Of a stretch of DNA of 64,000 nucleotides, positions 59,478 to 64,000 are shown in pieces (the stretch's first letter is position 1; each line of letters starts with the position of its first letter). The stretch is from Podospora anserina. Taxonomy: Eukaryota. The stretch covers positions 4,154,001 through 4,218,000 of the forward strand of contig CM030332.1 in assembly GCA_017654855.1 (NCBI GenBank). Direction: 5' to 3'. The notes under the pieces were generated by a model that saw only the letters and a program-made list of their open reading frames with translations, had not been told where the DNA came from and made no database searches. Position numbers and translations under genes: made by a program.

Positions 59478-62400
59478 TCAGTAAAACCCATCCGGCCCGG
59501 CACTCCCCCTCGTGGAAGCAGACGCAGTAGTCGGCGTGTTCTGTGTGCTGCTCGCATCGCTACTAGGCGTCGAGGGCTCCACGACCCGGTTCCTAATCGT
59601 CATGATCCACTCGTGCTGCAGCAGCTCAATCGCCGTCGCCCTCTTCTTCGAGTCGCGCACGAAGCACCTCCTCAAAAAGTCAATCCCCTGCGGGCTGAGC
59701 TGGTCCGACGTCGGGAGCTGCGGCGGGTTTCCCTGGGCGATGTTGTACATGATGGCCCACTCGTTGTCGAGATTGGCCCAGGGGCGTCTCCCGGTCGCCA
59801 TCTCGAGGATGACGCAGCCGAGGGACCAAATGTCAACGGCACCAAAGTGGCCCGGGTTCTCGCCCTTGATCACCTCGGGAGACATGTACATGGGCGTTCC
59901 AGTCATGGACTTGTTGGGCTTCGTGCTGGTGATGTCTTGCACGAGTGTTCGGCCCTGGCGAGCGATCAGTTTGGCGGCGCCGAAATCGACGTATTTGATG
60001 ATGCCATTGTGGTCGAGGAGGATGTCTGTGGCGTTTGTTAGTACCTTCTGAACATGTCAGATGGTCTGCTAGACTTACTCTCTGGCTTGATATCACGGTG
60101 GGCGATCCTCAACTCATGCAAGTACGCCAAACCCTCGAGAAGCTGCAGAGCATACACCATGATGACTTGCTCATCCTCGATACGCCCGTGCTCCAGCAAG
60201 TTGGCAAGCGAGCCACCTGAGCAAAACTCCATAAACATGTAGACACGATCGCGGTGTACCTCAATACCAAAGTACGATACAACGTTGGGGTGATCCACAG
60301 ATTCCAAAACGCGCATTTCGTCCCTAATCGTATGAGCAACGTTGGGAATAAGCTTGGGGTCTTGCAGGCGAATCTCCTTCACCGCCATAAGCTGGCCTGT
60401 GTCAAGGTTCATGGCAGCGTAGACATTGCCAAACGTGCCACCGCCGACAAACTGCCCTTGTTGCCAGCGGATGGTAAAGTTGTTGGCTGTTGATGAGAGC
60501 CAGGCGAGCGAGCGGTCGACCTCGTTTGACACCTCCAAGACTCGGCCCATTGCTGACCGTTCTACAAGGATTTGCTTTCGAATATCGTCAACCTTGACCA
60601 GCTCCTCAAGGCGGCGCTCTGTTACACAGCTCGCGGCCATTTCGTCATCCATAATTTGGCCCTTGTTCAGTCGCTTCATCTGGCTGATAAGCGTCTCCAT
60701 GCGCTGTTTCTCAGCCTGGGCCGCAACGTTTGACCTGGCGCCCATGATATCGAAATGCGAAATCAACAGAGCCATGCACCCAGCAACCTTGGTCCGTAAC
60801 TTGACATATTCATCGTCGCCAAGCGCTAGCATGTGCTTGCCTCTGGTCATGACCATGGCAAACTCAAGCGCCTGTACAGTCCAGCGGAATGTCTTGCGAT
60901 CAGAGGGAACGCAATCATCACAGATAAAGCTAACCCAGTCCAGCGCCAGCTTGGTAAGCTTCATGTTGTTCATCGTCCTCCGGTTGTTGTCCATGTACAG
61001 CAAGGAGCGCTGACCGAACTCAGTAGCGAATATGAAGCAGGTCTGTATGAGCTCCTGACAGTTCAGACCCTTGGTCTGCCGTCGAATTGTCTCCACACTG
61101 TCCATGAAGGCATTTGACAGCTTGAAAGCAACTTTGCGGATCTCCATGAGGCGAAGGTTCACCTTGTGCAAAGTTGACCTCTGTTCGACCACAATGTCAA
61201 TGTGCATATCAATCGTCTCCAAAAACGCCTTTCTTGCGTTCACCAAGACATGTTGTGAACCACCCGCAATGAGTCTCATGTGGCCCAACTTGATATCGAG
61301 TGGTTCTTCCCGCACTGACAAGCTAAGCTTGGAGCCGAACCAGTTAGGTGCGTTTTCAGCCTTGATGATCAGGAGGTAGGGTTCTGCGGGGTCTTCTGCG
61401 ATGACATCGTAGGAGAAGGTGCCCATAAGACGCTGGATCACGTCCGGGCGGTTTGCTAACGAAGGCGATGCGATGATGTGGATGCCTTTGTGTTCGGGGC
61501 TGCCCGTGTAAACTTGGAAGTGGTGCGTGTCCATCAGCCGATCATAGAGGTCTTGGAGCTTTTCTGGGCCCCAGGCAATGGTGAAATCACAGGCATTTTC
61601 GTAATTCTCGCTGAGCATCCTGGAGAAGCGCTGCAGCATTCTCTGACGCACACGAACGGAGTCCAGAGTTTGCTTGTACCGCTTCGTCATCTCGGTCACA
61701 CTCTCTTTGGGTTTCCTCTGCAGTTCTTTCTCAAAGGTCTGGTGAAGTCGGTTGAAGGCCTTGAAGGTCAGCGAACTGAACTGTTCAGCAGCCTCAATAT
61801 CTCCGCGCGTGAGATGACTGCCAATTTCGTTTCCAAACTCCCACTCCTGAAACAGCAATTCTGCCTCCTTGAAGGTGTTCTTGTTCCCGCTGAGCTTCCA
61901 GTTCAGCATCTTGAAGTAGTATTTGAGCGCATCCAAAATGACCCTGTCAAAATCTTCGTCGATGCAAGGGGGTAAATCCCACCAAGGTTCTGGTGCTGAG
62001 ATCATCATGTACTCGGACCTGATTTTGATGGCAAGTTTCAAGATGATTTGGAATTGTGAGATCATCTGGTCTTGCATCAGAGGGTTCTGCTGTGCCGAGT
62101 CCTTCATCTTTTTGGCATAAGCTAGCCGCACCTTGATGATTTCCTCAATAAGTCTTGAGGGAAAGCTGATCAAGGTGAGCAGCTCCTCGATATAAGGGGG
62201 GAGATGGCGCTTTTGAAAGCCCTGGGCCTTGTCGATCAAGGTGCGCTTCGCCTTTTCGATAACTCGCGAGATTCCGTCCAGCATGCTCCTCCTCCTGAGA
62301 TTTTTGCCATCAGCACCATTGTCCTCATGAAGCGACTTGAGGCCCTCTTCCTTCAAGAGACGGTCCATGAACGAGGTATCATCGCCCAGACCGTTTCCGC

Positions 62401-63613
62401 CACCTGGCTTGTGGAAATCGAGGGCTTCATTGCCAACCCATCTCTTCAAGATTGACAATTCCGTGTTGATCATTTCGTTGACGTTGTACCAAGATATAAC
62501 AGATTCACATGTTTCTTCGTACGCCTCATAGGTCCCGGGCTTAAGCGCCGCAACGAGGGCTGTGCTGGAGGGATAAAGACTCTCGATCTTGTCAATCTTG
62601 GCGATGGCGTCGCGGACCTGGCCGATGGGAGGTTTTCCGGCCTCACTCTGTCCAGCAATGGAGAAATTGATGACCTCATTGACCAAGCGGTCCAAGCCCG
62701 CCTGAGCCTCCTCGGTCATCCTCTTTTGAACCGGCAAGTGTCTGTCGCATATTTTTGCGCGGATGGCCAACCATAGCTCAGCCTTGTGAGCGCTTCTCCC
62801 TGCTTCCTCATCCGCCGAACCGATAAGACGCTTCTTCTCCTGGCGGACAACATCGCCAGTCAGTACCGCCTCGAGCATGCCGTGCCATTCTAACCGCTCC
62901 CGATTCTGGGGATCCCTTAGGTCCTCTTCTGTGATCTGACTCTCTTCGCTGTTGACAAACATGATGTGCGCATCTTCGTAGCTGTCGAATGGACCCTCTG
63001 AAGATGGGGTTTCGCCCTCAGAATCTGAATCGTACTGCTCGCCAGAGCCGTAAGCGTCGAAGTAGTCGCTGTTGCCGTGGTCTTGCTGGCGTAACCTTCG
63101 GACGTACTCTCGCTCCTGGGCTCGGAATGTCGAGCTTCCTGCTAACGGTCGTGGTCGCGATCCGTCTCGGGGGTGGGTTGGAGTAGCTCCTATGTAGGAC
63201 GAGGGTGGGGGCTGTTGTGGCCTTCGCGCGGTATATGGCTGGTAGGTATTCGAAGGTGTTCTAGCAGGTCCCGTGGGGCGTTGAGGTCGTGGAGTAGCGC
63301 CATTCCCATAGTGAGCCGAGTCGGCCGTGCCACGTTGGCGACTGGCCGCGCCGTTCGCGAGGCCCGTGGAAGGATGTGGCTGCACGATGCCGGAGTGGAC
63401 TGGAGCGTCGGCATAGCGAGCCAGAGAGCCAAGTTCATCATGCTGTTCTAGCACATGGCGATCTGTAAGCAAATGCAGATCTCCCGATGATACCGCAAGC
63501 TCCGAGTCAGATGGCACCGCTATCGGACGGCCATTGAACCTCTCGGGCCGCACAAACTGGTCCTCTTCGGTCTGCGAGAAGCGGACGGTACGGGGTGACG
63601 TTTCGCTGGCCAT
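59478..63613 (-). CDS. SSK2: HOG-pathway MAP kinase kinase kinase (Ssk2/Ssk22/OS-4/Wis4 family); exons 63613-60079 and 60025-59478
   Basis: N-terminal ERLEWHGMLEAVLTGDVVRQEKKRL block. C-terminal kinase GGGTFG, MAVKEI, HRDIKPEN, DFG, GTPMYMSPE. Intron 60078-60026 (GTAAGT..ACTAAC..CAG). Confidence 0.96.
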
Positions 63614-64000
63614 TGCGATGGCAGGTTGCTGTTGGTGAATTCGAGGCCCAGGTACGATGATCGAGCGAGGTAGGTACGGTGATCAATCGATCGTATGCCC
63701 ACTGCTGGCGGAAACCAAGCTATTGAGGCGGCAATTCGTCCTGGCCATCGGCGCACAGAGGGAGAAGGGGGGATTAGTCGGCGGTATGTGGGCAATTGGC
63801 CCAAATGTCGTCTGATTTATGGCTGGGATATTCAATGGAAAGAGCCGTCAAGACGAGCTGGTGATGGACGTTACACTAACGGCAACAAAAGCGGGCCCGT
63901 GGCAAAAGATGGCGAGCAGAAAGGCGGCCAAGAAAGGTTAAGGAAGCTTTGCAAGGAACTCCCTGACAGTGCATCCAAGGTCTCATTGGCCAAAGTCGAA

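Noticed and set aside
1..64000. tRNA, 5S rRNA, snRNA, intact transposon, CRISPR array, het/Spok/NLR genes or a secondary-metabolite cluster
   Set aside because: No diagnostic motifs seen by eye; tRNAscan-SE, Infernal/Rfam and a repeat search would be needed to exclude them formally.

Overview
Eukaryotic fungal DNA with short spliceosomal introns (GT..CTRAC..YAG). The gene set and composition suggest a Sordariomycete, probably Sordariales/Podospora-like (inference). I can support 15 protein-coding genes: LSM8 (3' exon only), an IU-family nucleoside hydrolase, three hypothetical proteins (two with a single transmembrane segment), TMA17/ADC17, the mitochondrial rhomboid PCP1, a PhoD-like phosphatase, DPB4, NPL6/RSC7, DIS3/RRP44, NUG1, a HAD sugar/glycerol phosphatase, a pah1/kal-1-type homeobox gene and the HOG-pathway MAPKKK SSK2/os-4. 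Three large gene-poor gaps (about 17.0-23.3, 32.6-39.5 and 46.5-55.0 kb) hold only fragmentary ORFs. I recognised no tRNA, rRNA, intact transposon, CRISPR array or metabolic cluster, and no clear-cut new multi-gene system. The best leads are: a recurrent abrupt C/A-rich to G/T-rich switch near most gene 3' ends; a membrane-anchored unknown protein with eIF4G-like or Atg8-binding-like short motifs; an inverted telomere-repeat element plus MCB sites upstream of DPB4; an in-frame retainable DIS3 intron; a shared CGATAAG motif in the DIS3 and NUG1 promoters; and possible decayed genes in the gaps. Exon boundaries were worked out by eye.
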